NCBI GenBank assembly: GCA_965219415.1
Contig: CBDCNP010000002.1
Coordinates: forward strand, 2,880,001-2,944,000
DNA: 64,000 nt
Direction of reading: 5' to 3'
From: Candidatus Marinacidobacterales bacterium
Lineage (GTDB): Bacteria; Acidobacteriota; Vicinamibacteria; Marinacidobacterales; DATDRI01
The notes below the pieces were generated by a model. The model saw nothing but the letters and a program-made list of their open reading frames with translations, was not told the origin of the DNA and did not search any database. Below are positions 40,529 to 50,899 of the stretch, one piece after another (within the stretch, counting starts at the first letter, position 1; each line of letters opens with the position of its first letter). Made by a program: the position numbers and the translations under genes.

Positions 40529-41884
40529 CTAGGACAGTCCGTACTTCTGCATCCGATAGATGAGCGTGTTGCGGGTGATGTTCAAGAACTTCGCGGCCCG
40601 CGTTTGATTGCCCACGTTTCGACGTAGCGACTCTCGTATGAGGTACTCCTCGACTTTGTCGAGCGCGATCCCGTCTCGTGGCAGGTTCAGCACGAAATCG
40701 TCGACGTCCGAGGACCGTCGAGTCAAGAACTCGGGCAGGTCTTCCATGGTCACCACGGAAGTTTCCGTGAGGGCGGCGAGCCTCTCCATCAGATTCTCGA
40801 GCTCCCTGATATTGCCCGGCCAGGGATAGCTTTCGAGAGTCTTCAAGACGTTTCGGTCAAGCTTGAGCGCTTTACCGAACTGGTGAGCGTATTTGTCGAG
40901 AAACATTCTCGCGAGCAAAGGGATGTCCTCTCGGCGCTCTCTCAGGGGAGGGAGCGTGATGGGGATGACGCTCAGCCGATAGTAGAGGTCTTCGCGAAAC
41001 TCGTTCCCTCGAGCGAGCTTTTCCAGCGGTCGATGGGTGGCGGCGATGATGCGCACATCGACTTTGATGGGGTGGGTGGTGCCGATCTTGTCGATCTCTT
41101 TCTCCTGCAGAAGACGGAGTAGTTTCACCTGGGTGGCGGACTCCAAATCTCCGACCTCGTCGAGAAAAATAGTGCCAGCTTGGCCCGCCTCGATCTTTCC
41201 CTTTCGATCGGAAGTGGCTCCGGTGAAGGAGCCTCTCGTATGGCCGAATAGCTCGGACTCGAGGAGGGTTTCCGGTATCGCACCGCAATTGACGACGACA
41301 AACGGCCGATCTTTTCTCGGTCCGTTGAAGTGGATTGCCTTGGCGAGGAGCTCCTTTCCGGTTCCACTCTCGCCGAGGATGAGAACCGTCGAATCGAAAC
41401 GGGCCGCTTGCGCCGCCGTCGCGAATACCTTCTGAACTGGCTTGGAAGCGCCGATCATGTTCTGGAAGGAGAGGCGTTCGGAGACGGCCTGCTTGAGCTG
41501 CCGATTTTCGTCGCGCAGTTCTCTCAGCTCGAGAGCCCGAGCCACTAGCAGCTTGAGCTCGTCTCGATTGACAGGCTTTTGCAGATAGTCGAACGCGCCT
41601 TTCCGCATCGCTTCGACGGCGTTGTCGATGTCGGCGTGTCCGGTCACGATGATGACGGGGGTATCAGGAGCTATCGCCTGCATGTGGGTGAGTAGCTCGA
41701 GGCCACTCAACTTGGGCATGCGCATATCGCAGATGACGAGGGCGAACTGAGAGTCACGGAAGGCTTCGAGAGCTTCTTCCGCGTCCGCGAAAGAGGAAAG
41801 CTCATACCCCTGGCCTTCGAGGGTGTACTCGACGATGCGCCGAAAGCTCCGGTCATCGTCCACGACGAGAATGCGCTCAGCCAT
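40529..41884 (-). CDS. Sigma54-dependent response regulator (NtrC/ZraR/AtoC type)
   Basis: REC domain (ILVVDDD, CDMRMP), GESGTGKE, ESELFGH..GSFTGA, FLDEV, WPGNIREL and a Fis-type HTH. Confidence 0.94.
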   Translation of the reverse strand: MAERILVVDDDRSFRRIVEYTLEGQGYELSSFADAEEALEAFRDSQFALVICDMRMPKLSGLELLTHMQAIAPDTPVIIVTGHADIDNAVEAMRKGAFDYLQKPVNRDELKLLVARALELRELRDENRQLKQAVSERLSFQNMIGASKPVQKVFATAAQAARFDSTVLILGESGTGKELLAKAIHFNGPRKDRPFVVVNCGAIPETLLESELFGHTRGSFTGATSDRKGKIEAGQAGTIFLDEVGDLESATQVKLLRLLQEKEIDKIGTTHPIKVDVRIIAATHRPLEKLARGNEFREDLYYRLSVIPITLPPLRERREDIPLLARMFLDKYAHQFGKALKLDRNVLKTLESYPWPGNIRELENLMERLAALTETSVVTMEDLPEFLTRRSSDVDDFVLNLPRDGIALDKVEEYLIRESLRRNVGNQTRAAKFLNITRNTLIYRMQKYGLS

Positions 41885-43031
41885 CGCGGCCTCCCTTGTC
41901 AGGGAGATCGATGACGAACGTGCTACCGCTGGAGCCGTGAGACGCAAGTCGAATGTCGCCACCCTGGGCCTCGATGAGCTTGCGCGCGATGGCGAGTCCG
42001 AGTCCGGTCCCCCGCGCTTTGGTCGTGAAGAACGGTTCGAATATTCGAGCGGCGTCGCCGGCGTCGATGCCCGGGCCTTGATCGTGAACGCGAGTCACGA
42101 CGCCTCCCGGCCTCCCTTCGATTTCGATCTTGAGCGATCCCCCGGACGGCATGGCCTGAATAGCGTTCAGCACGATGTTCAACAGCGCTTGCTGTACCTG
42201 CGAAGCGTCCACCTCGATCTCGGGTAGAGTTTGCGGGATCGAAATATCGAGCTCGACTGCATGCCGCTGCGCTTCTTGTGAGCAGAGCGTCTTGAGAGAG
42301 GCCACGACGTCGCCGAGGTCGCAGGGCTCGCGAAGAACGGGCTTCGGCGTCCTGGCGAACTGGAGGAACTCGTCGACGGTATTCTGGAGCTGCCCCAGCT
42401 CTCTCTCGACGATCTCAGCGAACTCGCGTTTCCCGCGATCAAGCGGGAGCTCCGTGAAGAGAATCTCCAGAGACGCCTTGATCGAAGCCAGAGGGTTCTT
42501 GATCTCGTGCGCGAGTCCCGCCGAAAGCTTCCCGAGCGACGTCAGCCGATCGGCCCGGAGGAGCTGCTCGAAGCTCTCTCGAAGTTTCTCATAGGCTTCG
42601 GCGAGTTCCGAGGCCGTGCGTTCTTGCCGGTCACGCGAACGCCGCTCGGACTCGGCCAGAGCTCCCACGACGATGGCCACGACCTGGAACATGAAAAGCT
42701 CCGCGTACTGCGCCTGGAGATACTCGCCGTGCACGCCGTGCATGCCTCCCCAATCCATAAGAATGTGGGGAAAGTAGCTCGCCGCCGAGAGGAACGACGC
42801 GGCGACCGCTCCGCGGAGTCCGAACCAGTGGGCCGCCGCGAAGATCGGCAAGTAGTAGAGGCGTTGATAGACGTTGTGGAGCGCGAAGACGCCGACGGGA
42901 GTCACGTGGTGCGCGATCGCGGTCACCGCGATCGCAACCCCGATGAACGTCAGTTTTCCGAGCGAAGCTTTCTTGAGAGCTGGCTCCGAGAGTGTGATCT
43001 GGCGCGGCGTCGGATCGAGTTGCTCGTTCAC
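41877..43031 (-). CDS. Membrane sensor histidine kinase with a His-rich transmembrane input region
   Basis: LAHEIKNPL H-box, N box, DQGPG, FEPFFTTK, GTGLGL. About four N-terminal TM segments. Confidence 0.9.
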   Translation of the reverse strand: MNEQLDPTPRQITLSEPALKKASLGKLTFIGVAIAVTAIAHHVTPVGVFALHNVYQRLYYLPIFAAAHWFGLRGAVAASFLSAASYFPHILMDWGGMHGVHGEYLQAQYAELFMFQVVAIVVGALAESERRSRDRQERTASELAEAYEKLRESFEQLLRADRLTSLGKLSAGLAHEIKNPLASIKASLEILFTELPLDRGKREFAEIVERELGQLQNTVDEFLQFARTPKPVLREPCDLGDVVASLKTLCSQEAQRHAVELDISIPQTLPEIEVDASQVQQALLNIVLNAIQAMPSGGSLKIEIEGRPGGVVTRVHDQGPGIDAGDAARIFEPFFTTKARGTGLGLAIARKLIEAQGGDIRLASHGSSGSTFVIDLPDKGGRDG

Positions 43032-43138
43032 GTCTTTCTCGCGGTTTGGGCTCGATTGTAGCACTTCGCACACTCTCAGCTGGATTTCCAACGATTCGGA
43101 ACCCACTGCGACTCAGGTATCGACCACAAGTAACACAA

Positions 43139-43182
43139 TATAAACAACTTAGTTCCGATCGTCTTGTGGTCCGCATCTTGCT
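43139..43182 (+). promoter_or_regulatory. IHF-like site (43139..43151) plus sigma54 promoter (43167..43182) for the metal-efflux operon
   Basis: TATAAACAACTTA has one mismatch to WATCAANNNNTTR. TGGTCCGCATCTTGCT has GG-N10-GC spacing and ends just upstream of the ATG at 43206. Confidence 0.7.
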
Positions 43183-43205
43183 TTTCCCTTACGTGAGAAG
43201 AGACT

Positions 43206-44534
43206 ATGCGCAAGTCATGCCATCCAGGAGTCTCGTTCGCCGTTGCCGCTCTGCTGTCGGGATCGGTGATGGCTTCCGCTGCGCAGGACCCTGAAGAACC
43301 GTCGGGCCAACCCGAGTTCTACGCGCCGGACGAGCCGCTGCGGGCTTACGTCGAGCGAGCCCTTGAGACGAACCCCACGATCCGGGAGAATCTTGCTCGC
43401 TATCGGGGGGCGCTCGAAAGAGTTCCCCAAGTGGATACCCTGCCCGACCTGCAGTTCTCGTTCACCCAGGCGATTCGGAGCGTCGAGACACGCGTGGGAC
43501 CTCAGCGAAATGCCTTCACCCTGTCTCAAGCCTTCCCCTGGTTCGGCAAGCTCGATCTGCGCGGTCAGGTGGCACTTCAGGAAGCCCTCGCGGCCCGAGA
43601 GCTCTATGGCGCGCGGCAGCAAGAGGTCATCCTGCAGGTCAAGCGCTCCTACTACGAGCTCGCCTACCTCGACCAGTCCCTCACGATCACTCGAGAGGAG
43701 CGAATGCTGCTCGAGTACTACGCGGAGCTCGCCGAGACGCGCTATGCCACCGGTCAAGGCTTGCAGGTGGCCGTCATCAAGCTTCAAGCGGAGATAACGC
43801 GGGTGATGAATCGGCTCGATCTGCTCGAGCAGCAGCGAAGCTCCGTTATGGCACGTTTGAACACCTTGATGGATCGGCCCCCGCAGGATCCGATCCCAAT
43901 AGTCGGGCGCCCCAGTCTTCCCGAGGTCACGCTCGAGCTGGCGGAGCTGTATCAGATCGGCCTCGAGCATCGCCAGGAGCTCAAGGCCACGAAGGAGCGC
44001 ATCGAGAAGAACGAAAGGGCCATCGACCTCGCGAAGCGGAATTCATGGCCCGACTTCTTCGTCGGCGTCAGCTTCGTCAACGTCGGCACTCGGTCGGACC
44101 CAGACGGGGTCTCCATGCCGCCTCCCGACAACGGGAAGAACGCCTTCAGTATCTCGGCAGGAATCAGTCTCCCTATCTGGCGTGAGAAGTACGACGCTGA
44201 CGTTCGCGAGGCGAGCGAGATGCTCCTCGCCGAGCGCAGCAATTACGCGAACGTCGTGAACGAAATGGAGTTTTCCATCCGCGATCAGGCCGTTCGTCTC
44301 GACACGCTTCGCGAACAGGTCCGCCTTTTCGACAGCGCGCTCATTCCCCAGTCCGAGGACGTGCTCCGTGCTACGGAAGCGGCTTACGAGGCCGGTCAGG
44401 TAGGCGTCCTCCACCTCCTCGACAGCGAACGGGTGCTTCTGAACGTGCGGCTGGTCCACGCGCGGTACTACGCCGACATCCTCGTCGCCCTCGCCGAGCT
44501 CGAGCGGGCCCTTGGCGCGAAGTTTCCAAGATGA
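43206..44534 (+). CDS. TolC-family outer membrane efflux protein (CusC role)
   Basis: Signal peptide, LSQAFPWFGKL, YYEL and AYEAG motifs; first gene of the CBA operon. Confidence 0.88.
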   Translation: MRKSCHPGVSFAVAALLSGSVMASAAQDPEEPSGQPEFYAPDEPLRAYVERALETNPTIRENLARYRGALERVPQVDTLPDLQFSFTQAIRSVETRVGPQRNAFTLSQAFPWFGKLDLRGQVALQEALAARELYGARQQEVILQVKRSYYELAYLDQSLTITREERMLLEYYAELAETRYATGQGLQVAVIKLQAEITRVMNRLDLLEQQRSSVMARLNTLMDRPPQDPIPIVGRPSLPEVTLELAELYQIGLEHRQELKATKERIEKNERAIDLAKRNSWPDFFVGVSFVNVGTRSDPDGVSMPPPDNGKNAFSISAGISLPIWREKYDADVREASEMLLAERSNYANVVNEMEFSIRDQAVRLDTLREQVRLFDSALIPQSEDVLRATEAAYEAGQVGVLHLLDSERVLLNVRLVHARYYADILVALAELERALGAKFPR

Positions 44535-44544
44535 GAGGTCACTC

Positions 44545-45951
44545 ATGAGAAAGACCATCGCCGTTGCGCTCGTCACCTTTGTCCTGGGGATGGGCGCGAG
44601 CTTTCTCGTGCTAGCGAATCCGTTTCAGTGGGAGTGGATCCACCATCTGGGTCACGCTCTCATGGATCGCACGGGGGCCTCGGACGAGGTGAACCTCGTG
44701 CCTGCCGAAGGTAGGGGGGTTAGGGTGACGTCGGTCGAAACGGAGGGTGAGAGGAAGGCCAAGTACTGGCAGGCTCCGATGGATCCGACCTTCATCTCCG
44801 ACCAGCCAGGGAAGTCACCAATGGGAATGGACCTGGTGCCGGTCTACGAGGACGAAGAGGACGCGGTCGACTCCGGCGCCATCCGGATCGACCCGACCTT
44901 CGTCCAGAACATCGGCGTGCAATCCGAGACCGTAGGCCGGACCGACATCCCCTTCACCATCCGTACGGTGGGCAGCTTCACATACGACGACAGCCAGATC
45001 GCCTGGGTCAATACCAAGTACGAGGGTTGGATCGAGACGGTCTATGTGAATTACGTCGGGGAGCCCGTCGAAAAGGGGCAAAAGCTCTTCGAGATCTACA
45101 GCCCGCAGCTCGTGACGACGCAGAAGGAGTACCTCCAGGCTCTCGACTACGCCGAACGCATGGCGAGCTCGAGCTATCCCGAGATCGCGAAGCGAGCCCA
45201 ATCGCTCGTCGCCGCGGCGCGCGAAAGGCTCTCAAATTGGGATGTCTCGGAAGATCAGATCGAGGCCCTCGGGTCCACCCGCGAGCTCCGTCGCACCCTC
45301 GCGGTGGTCTCTCCCGTCAAGGGTGTCGTCGTTGAAAAGATGGACCAGGCTCTCGAGGGCACGTTCGTTCGCACGGGAATGAACCTCTACAAGCTCGTCA
45401 ACCTTTCGATGATTTGGCTCGAGGCGAACGTCTACGAGAACCAGCTGCCTTGGCTTCGGGTCGGGACCACGGCCCGCATCACCCTTCCCTACGAGCCGGG
45501 CCTTGTTTACACAGGCCGCATCCGCTACCTGTTTCCGTTCTTCGAGGAGAAGACCCGGACTTTGAAGGTCTCGGTTTCGGTTCCCAATCCGAACGGGAAG
45601 CTCAGAGCGGACATGTACGCCAATGTCACCTTCGACGTGCCATCCGCTCGCGACGTGATCGCGGCGCCGGAGGAGGCCGTCATTATGAGCGGCCAAAGGA
45701 ACGTTGTCGTTCTCGATCTGGGAAACGGGATCTTTCAGGCGCGAGAGGTGACCTTGGGCGTCAACGGCGGCGGTCTCTGGGAGGTCAAGGAAGGCCTTCG
45801 GGATGGTGATCGCGTCGTCGTCTCGGCGCAGTTTCTAATCGACTCGGAGAGCAACCTGAGAGAAGCCTTTCGCAAGATCACCTCGAGCAAGGCGGAGGGT
45901 GCGAAGGGCTCGAACGAGACGGCGACGAAAATGCCGGACCCCATGCGCTGA
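44545..45951 (+). CDS. cusB: CusB-like periplasmic adaptor with a Met-rich heavy-metal binding domain
   Basis: YWQAPMDP....PGKSPMGMDLVPVY, YSPQL..Q.EY and QFLIDSESNL motifs. Confidence 0.88.
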   Translation: MRKTIAVALVTFVLGMGASFLVLANPFQWEWIHHLGHALMDRTGASDEVNLVPAEGRGVRVTSVETEGERKAKYWQAPMDPTFISDQPGKSPMGMDLVPVYEDEEDAVDSGAIRIDPTFVQNIGVQSETVGRTDIPFTIRTVGSFTYDDSQIAWVNTKYEGWIETVYVNYVGEPVEKGQKLFEIYSPQLVTTQKEYLQALDYAERMASSSYPEIAKRAQSLVAAARERLSNWDVSEDQIEALGSTRELRRTLAVVSPVKGVVVEKMDQALEGTFVRTGMNLYKLVNLSMIWLEANVYENQLPWLRVGTTARITLPYEPGLVYTGRIRYLFPFFEEKTRTLKVSVSVPNPNGKLRADMYANVTFDVPSARDVIAAPEEAVIMSGQRNVVVLDLGNGIFQAREVTLGVNGGGLWEVKEGLRDGDRVVVSAQFLIDSESNLREAFRKITSSKAEGAKGSNETATKMPDPMR

Positions 45952-45966
45952 GTCGAGCCTCGAGTC

Positions 45967-48900
45967 ATGCTGGAAAAGATCATCGACTGGTCGATCGCGA
46001 ACAAGCTCATGGTGATCCTCGCGACCGTTCTCGTCTCGGTCGCGGGGCTCTACGCGGTTCGAACGATGCCACTCGACGCGATCCCCGACCTCTCGGACGT
46101 TCAGGTCATCATCTTCACGGACTATCCAGGCCAGTCGCCGCAGGTCGTCGAAGATCAGATCACCTATCCGATCACCACGCAGATGCTCGCGGTGCCCTTC
46201 GCGAAAGTCGTCCGGGGTTATTCCTTCTTCGGCTTCTCCTTCGTCTATGTAATTTTCGAGGACGGCACCGATATGTATTGGGCCCGAAGTCGCGTGCTCG
46301 AGTACATGAACTACGTCAGTGGGCGTCTGCCGAAAGGCGTTGCGCCCACTCTGGGTCCCGACGCGACCGGCGTGGGCTGGGCCTATATCTATGCGCTCCG
46401 ATCGAAGACGCTCAACCTCGGAGATTTGAGAAGCATCCAGGATTGGTTCTTGAAGTATGAGCTCACCTCCGTACCCGGCGTCTCCGAGGTCGCGAGCATT
46501 GGAGGGTTCGTCAAGCAGTATCAGATCACGGTCGATCCCGTGAAGCTGAGAGCCTACGACATCCCGATTGGCAAGATCCGAGCCGCTGTCGAGCGTAGCA
46601 ACAATGAGGTCGGCGGGCGTGTCCTGGAGATGGCCGAGGCCGAGTTCATGATTCGAGGTGAGGGCTATATCCAGGAGGTCGCGCACCTCGAGAAGGTCGC
46701 GCTCGGTGTGGATCGCAACGGCGCGCCGATCCTGCTGCAGGACGTTGGCACGGTGCAGCGGGGGCCCGACATGCGTCGCGGTCTCGCGGAGCTGAACGGT
46801 GACGGCGAGGTCGTCGGCGGGATCATCGTCGTACGATATGGCGCCAACGCCTATGACGTCATCCAGCGCGTCAAGGCAAAGCTTGAGGAGCTGAAGCAAG
46901 GACTTCCCGAGGGCGTCGAGGTCGTGCCCGTCTACGACCGCACGATCCTGATCGAAGCTTCGATCGAGACGCTGCGCGAGAAACTGATCGAGGAAAGTCT
47001 CGTCGTCGCGCTCGTTTGCATGATATTTCTCCTCCACGTTCGCTCGGCTCTCGTCGTGATTCTGACCCTCCCGATCGCGATTCTGATCTCTTTCATCGTC
47101 ATGGGTCAGCAGGGGCTGAACTCCAACATTATGTCGCTCGGCGGGATCGCGATCGCGATTGGCGCCATGGTCGATGCCGCGATCGTCATGATCGAGAATG
47201 CGCACAAGCACCTCGAAAAGGACTACGGCGGGATGGATCATTGGAAGATCATCGGCGACGCCGCGAAGGAAGTGGGGCCGACTCTCTTCTATGCGCTCCT
47301 CGTCATCACCGTGTCTTTCGCGCCCGTCTTCACGCTTCAGGCCCAGGAGGGGCGGCTCTTCAAGCCGCTGGCCTTTACCAAAACCTATGCCATGGCGGCC
47401 TCGTCGCTTCTGGCCATTACGCTCGTCCCCGTGCTGATGGGGTTTTGGATTCGAGGAAGGCTCCGGCCCGAGGAGAAGAACCCTCTCAGCCGTATTCTCA
47501 TCAAAATCTACGATCCCATTCTACACTTTGTACTGCGATGGAAATGGTCGGTCGTGATCCTGGCCGTCGTCATCTTGGCCCTGACCGTCGTGCCTATCGG
47601 CGAGATCGGCTCCGAGTTCATGCCGCCGCTCTGGGAGGGAGACCTCCTTTATATGCCCACCACGCTTCCCGGGATCTCCATCACCAAGGCGCGCGAACTC
47701 CTCCAGCAGACGGACAAGATCATCCGTCAGTTTCCCGAAGTGCGCCACGTCTTCGGCAAGGTCGGAAGGGCGGATACCGCGACAGATCCGGCTCCGCTCT
47801 CGATGATCGAGACCACGATCATGCTGAAGCCACAGTCGGAGTGGCGGCCCGGGATGACGCGGGACAAGCTCACGCGCGAGCTCAATCAGGCGATTCGATT
47901 CCCGGGACTGACGAACGCGTGGACCATGCCGATCAAGACCCGCATCGACATGCTCTCGACGGGCATCAAGACGCCCGTCGGTATCAAGGTCTCGGGGCCC
48001 GATCTCGGAACGCTCCAGCAGATCGGCGAGGAGGTGGAAGCCGTCATCGGCCGCGTGCCGGGCACGCTGTCCGTATTCTCCGAGCGCGTCATGGGCGGGA
48101 ACTATCTCATCTTCGGTCCCAACCGCGACGAAATCGCGCGCTACGGCTTGACAGTCGGGGACGTCCAAGACGTCATTCAGTCCGCGATCGGCGGGATGAA
48201 CATCACTACGACCGTTGAGGGCCTCGAGCGCTATCCGGTCAACCTTCGCTACAGTCGCGAGCTCCGGCACAATATTCCCGCGCTCAAAGAGATTCTGGTC
48301 CCGACGCCGGCGGGCCAGCATATTCCACTCGGCCTCCTCGCCGACATCCGGGTCGAGAAGGGCCCACCCGCGATCAAGAGCGAAAACTCGCGACCCAACG
48401 CCTGGATTTACGTGGATATCAGCGACAGCGACGTCGGCGGCTACGTCGAGCGGGCCCAGCGGGCGGTGGCAGAGAGGGTCGAGATTCCGGCCGGGTACAA
48501 CGTCGCCTGGAGTGGGGAGTACGAGTACATGCAGCGCGCCAAGGAGCGGCTTCGATTGATCGTTCCGATGACGCTCGTCATCATCTTCATCATTATTTAT
48601 CTGAGCACGAAGTCGTTTCTCGAGACCGCCATCGTGCTGCTCGCGGTACCCTTTTCGCTCGTCGGGGTGTTCTGGCTCATGTGGTGGTTGGACTACAATC
48701 TGAGCATCGCCGTCTGGGTAGGCATCATCGCGCTCGCTGGTGTGAGCGCGGAGACGGGGGTCGTGATGCTCCTCTACCTCGACGTGTCCTACAAGGACGC
48801 GGTGAAACAGGGAAAGATGCGGCACCGCAAGGATCTCGTCGAGGCCGTCTATCACGGCGCAGTGAGTCGAGTGCGTCCGAAGCTCATGACGGCGATCACG

Positions 48901-49071
48901 ACCATGGCGTGCCTACTTCCGATCATGTGGAGCACGGGCACCGGCGCGGACGTCATGAAGCGGATCGCGACGCCCATGGTCGGGGGCATGATGACATCGG
49001 TGGCGGTGGTGTTGCTCGTCTACCCTGCGATCTACTACATTTGGAAAGGCTGGAGGCTCACCGAGGAGTGA
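45967..49071 (+). CDS. cusA: CusA/SilA heavy-metal (Cu/Ag) RND permease
   Basis: LDAIPDLSDVQVII, YWARSRVLEY, LGPDATGVGW, EFMPPL.EGDLLYMP, TDPAPLSMIET and GADVMKRIA motifs. Confidence 0.94.
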   Translation: MLEKIIDWSIANKLMVILATVLVSVAGLYAVRTMPLDAIPDLSDVQVIIFTDYPGQSPQVVEDQITYPITTQMLAVPFAKVVRGYSFFGFSFVYVIFEDGTDMYWARSRVLEYMNYVSGRLPKGVAPTLGPDATGVGWAYIYALRSKTLNLGDLRSIQDWFLKYELTSVPGVSEVASIGGFVKQYQITVDPVKLRAYDIPIGKIRAAVERSNNEVGGRVLEMAEAEFMIRGEGYIQEVAHLEKVALGVDRNGAPILLQDVGTVQRGPDMRRGLAELNGDGEVVGGIIVVRYGANAYDVIQRVKAKLEELKQGLPEGVEVVPVYDRTILIEASIETLREKLIEESLVVALVCMIFLLHVRSALVVILTLPIAILISFIVMGQQGLNSNIMSLGGIAIAIGAMVDAAIVMIENAHKHLEKDYGGMDHWKIIGDAAKEVGPTLFYALLVITVSFAPVFTLQAQEGRLFKPLAFTKTYAMAASSLLAITLVPVLMGFWIRGRLRPEEKNPLSRILIKIYDPILHFVLRWKWSVVILAVVILALTVVPIGEIGSEFMPPLWEGDLLYMPTTLPGISITKARELLQQTDKIIRQFPEVRHVFGKVGRADTATDPAPLSMIETTIMLKPQSEWRPGMTRDKLTRELNQAIRFPGLTNAWTMPIKTRIDMLSTGIKTPVGIKVSGPDLGTLQQIGEEVEAVIGRVPGTLSVFSERVMGGNYLIFGPNRDEIARYGLTVGDVQDVIQSAIGGMNITTTVEGLERYPVNLRYSRELRHNIPALKEILVPTPAGQHIPLGLLADIRVEKGPPAIKSENSRPNAWIYVDISDSDVGGYVERAQRAVAERVEIPAGYNVAWSGEYEYMQRAKERLRLIVPMTLVIIFIIIYLSTKSFLETAIVLLAVPFSLVGVFWLMWWLDYNLSIAVWVGIIALAGVSAETGVVMLLYLDVSYKDAVKQGKMRHRKDLVEAVYHGAVSRVRPKLMTAITTMACLLPIMWSTGTGADVMKRIATPMVGGMMTSVAVVLLVYPAIYYIWKGWRLTEE

Positions 49072-49128
49072 ACGACCTGAGGGATACCCTGTTTCACGCC
49101 GTGCGCTCACTCACCTGGGGTGCGGGCT

Positions 49129-49152
49129 GAAATCTTGCCCGCGCAAGATTTC
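49129..49152 (+). terminator. Palindromic hairpin downstream of cusA (possible terminator)
   Basis: GAAATCTTGC-CCGC-GCAAGATTTC is a perfect 10-bp stem. Confidence 0.45.
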
Positions 49153-49396
49153 TGTCGCGACTGGCTAGCGGTCCCCGTCCTGTGCCAAAACTCGGCCCTT
49201 TTGAAATAGGCCATAAATCAGCAACTTAGTGTCTGTGTTTGCGACCGGGCCAAGGGCCGTGGGCTTTACAATCGTCTTGGGCGGGCGGGTCGTCACCATG
49301 CAGATGACCACCTAGTCGAGAGCGAATATCGAAGCGTAGCTGTTTCCACGCTACGCCGGTCGAGCCCGCCGAGGGGCTACCGTCGCCGCCGACAAT

Positions 49397-49810
49397 CTAC
49401 GCGGCACGGCAGTAGTAGTTGAGAATGCCCCCAAGTCGCTCTCGCGACACGATGGGGCCAGTGTCATTCGCGCTTACCGGCAGAGGTGTGAGGAGCTCGT
49501 TGCCGAGACCTTGGTGGTTCCGTTCTGTGTGATAGTGCACTACGTATTCGGTTACCGCTGTGCGCAGGTGTCGCTCACTGAGAGGTACGAAGCGGTCGAG
49601 ACACTCTCGACGTATGGAGAGAACGAATCTTTCCGCGTATGCGTTCAGATTCGGACTATTGGCGGGAAGGCGCAGGGGCTTCACGCCTGAATCTCTCAAC
49701 AGCCCACGTACCGCCTCGGTGAATAGTGGGTCCCAGTCGTGGATGAGGTATCGCTTGCCAAGGAGGAAACCATCCCACATGTCAGTGAGGTTTCTTGCCA
49801 CCTGCTTCAT
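49397..49810 (-). pseudogene. Integrase core domain (rve) transposase, C-terminal fragment
   Basis: [41 protein letters not shown] and [13 protein letters not shown] motifs. Confidence 0.88.
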
Positions 49811-49869
49811 CCACTCCCCGTTGGGGTCCGACGTTGACCCGCTGGGCGTTCGAATATTTTAACCAGACG

Positions 49870-50427
49870 GCCGGATACTGAGTCGGTCAGTGGGTCATGG
49901 ACGGGTTCGACTTCAACCGGGCTGGCGCCAGTTAGTCCCTCAACCGCTTGAGCAAGGCGGGCAGATGTCAGGAGGACGTGGCACAGATGGAAGCGGAGGT
50001 CGCGGTTAAACGAGAACGCCGTTAATCCGTGCTTATGGATGTCAGGATCAGGCCCAACTCCCCCGTCCGCGAGACCGACGGCGACGAAATACCCTGCGAA
50101 AGAGCTTGCGCCAAGTCGGGCAGTCAGCAGGGTGAGACGACCCTGCCGATGCTTGATTCGATCGGCCACTTTGCCAATGTGGGATCGGTATGGGTCAACA
50201 GCCCGACGATAGACCTTCACATGGCGGCTCTTGTCGAAGTCTCGACGGTCGACTGTGAAGCCCCTCAGAATGTTGATGCAATCGTCCATGTGCTGCATCA
50301 GGCCCTGGACCCACGAGATGATGGGCCGAGAAGCTATCGAGTACACGCGGGGCAAGGAAGTTGCGGATGCGCTAGACACCTTCCTAGCCGAGTACGACAA
50401 GACCACGACATCTAGTGAGCGGTCCAA
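49870..50427 (-). pseudogene. Fragment of a hypothetical protein bounded by element ends
   Basis: Protein-like stretch (YSIASRPIISWVQGLMQHMDDC...VGPDPDIH...FSFNRDLRFHL) cut at end type 2. Confidence 0.4.
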
Positions 50428-50713
50428 CCAAGAGATATAGTAGCGTAAAATCGCATGATGGAGACGTTGCGTGCTTAGCCTGCGGTTGTGCCTTCTATTT
50501 ATTCATCCGCCAGCCCATGGGTCGGAAGTCAGCCCTGCGGCGCGAAATACCCTGGATTCTGCGCGGATTCCAAGGGCGTCTAAGCTGCTGATTTGTGGTC
50601 CATTTCAAAAGGTTCGAGTTTTGGCACAGGACGCGATGGGGCCAGCGTCATTCGCGCTTGCCGGCAGAGGTGTGAGGAACTCGTTGCCGAGACCTTGGTG
50701 GTTCCGTTCTGTG

Positions 50714-50899
50714 TATGCGGACCGGTATAATATTCTTTGCCGGAAACTGATGCAGGAACAGCTCTACACGGCGGCATCGGTTCTGATGTCGCCGCGTTCG
50801 GCCGAAGGCGGAGAGTATTCAGAGCTAAGCGAGCTGACGGTACTCCGGACCTTCATCACCGAATTGGCCGGTCACATTGCGGCTGAGGGGGCACGATAA
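50714..50899 (+). pseudogene. C-terminal remnant of a PaeR7I/XhoI-family type II restriction endonuclease
   Basis: YADRYNILCRKLMQEQLYTAAS...YSELSELT.LRTF.T.LAGHIAAE.AR matches the recalled C-terminus of this family. Confidence 0.7.
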
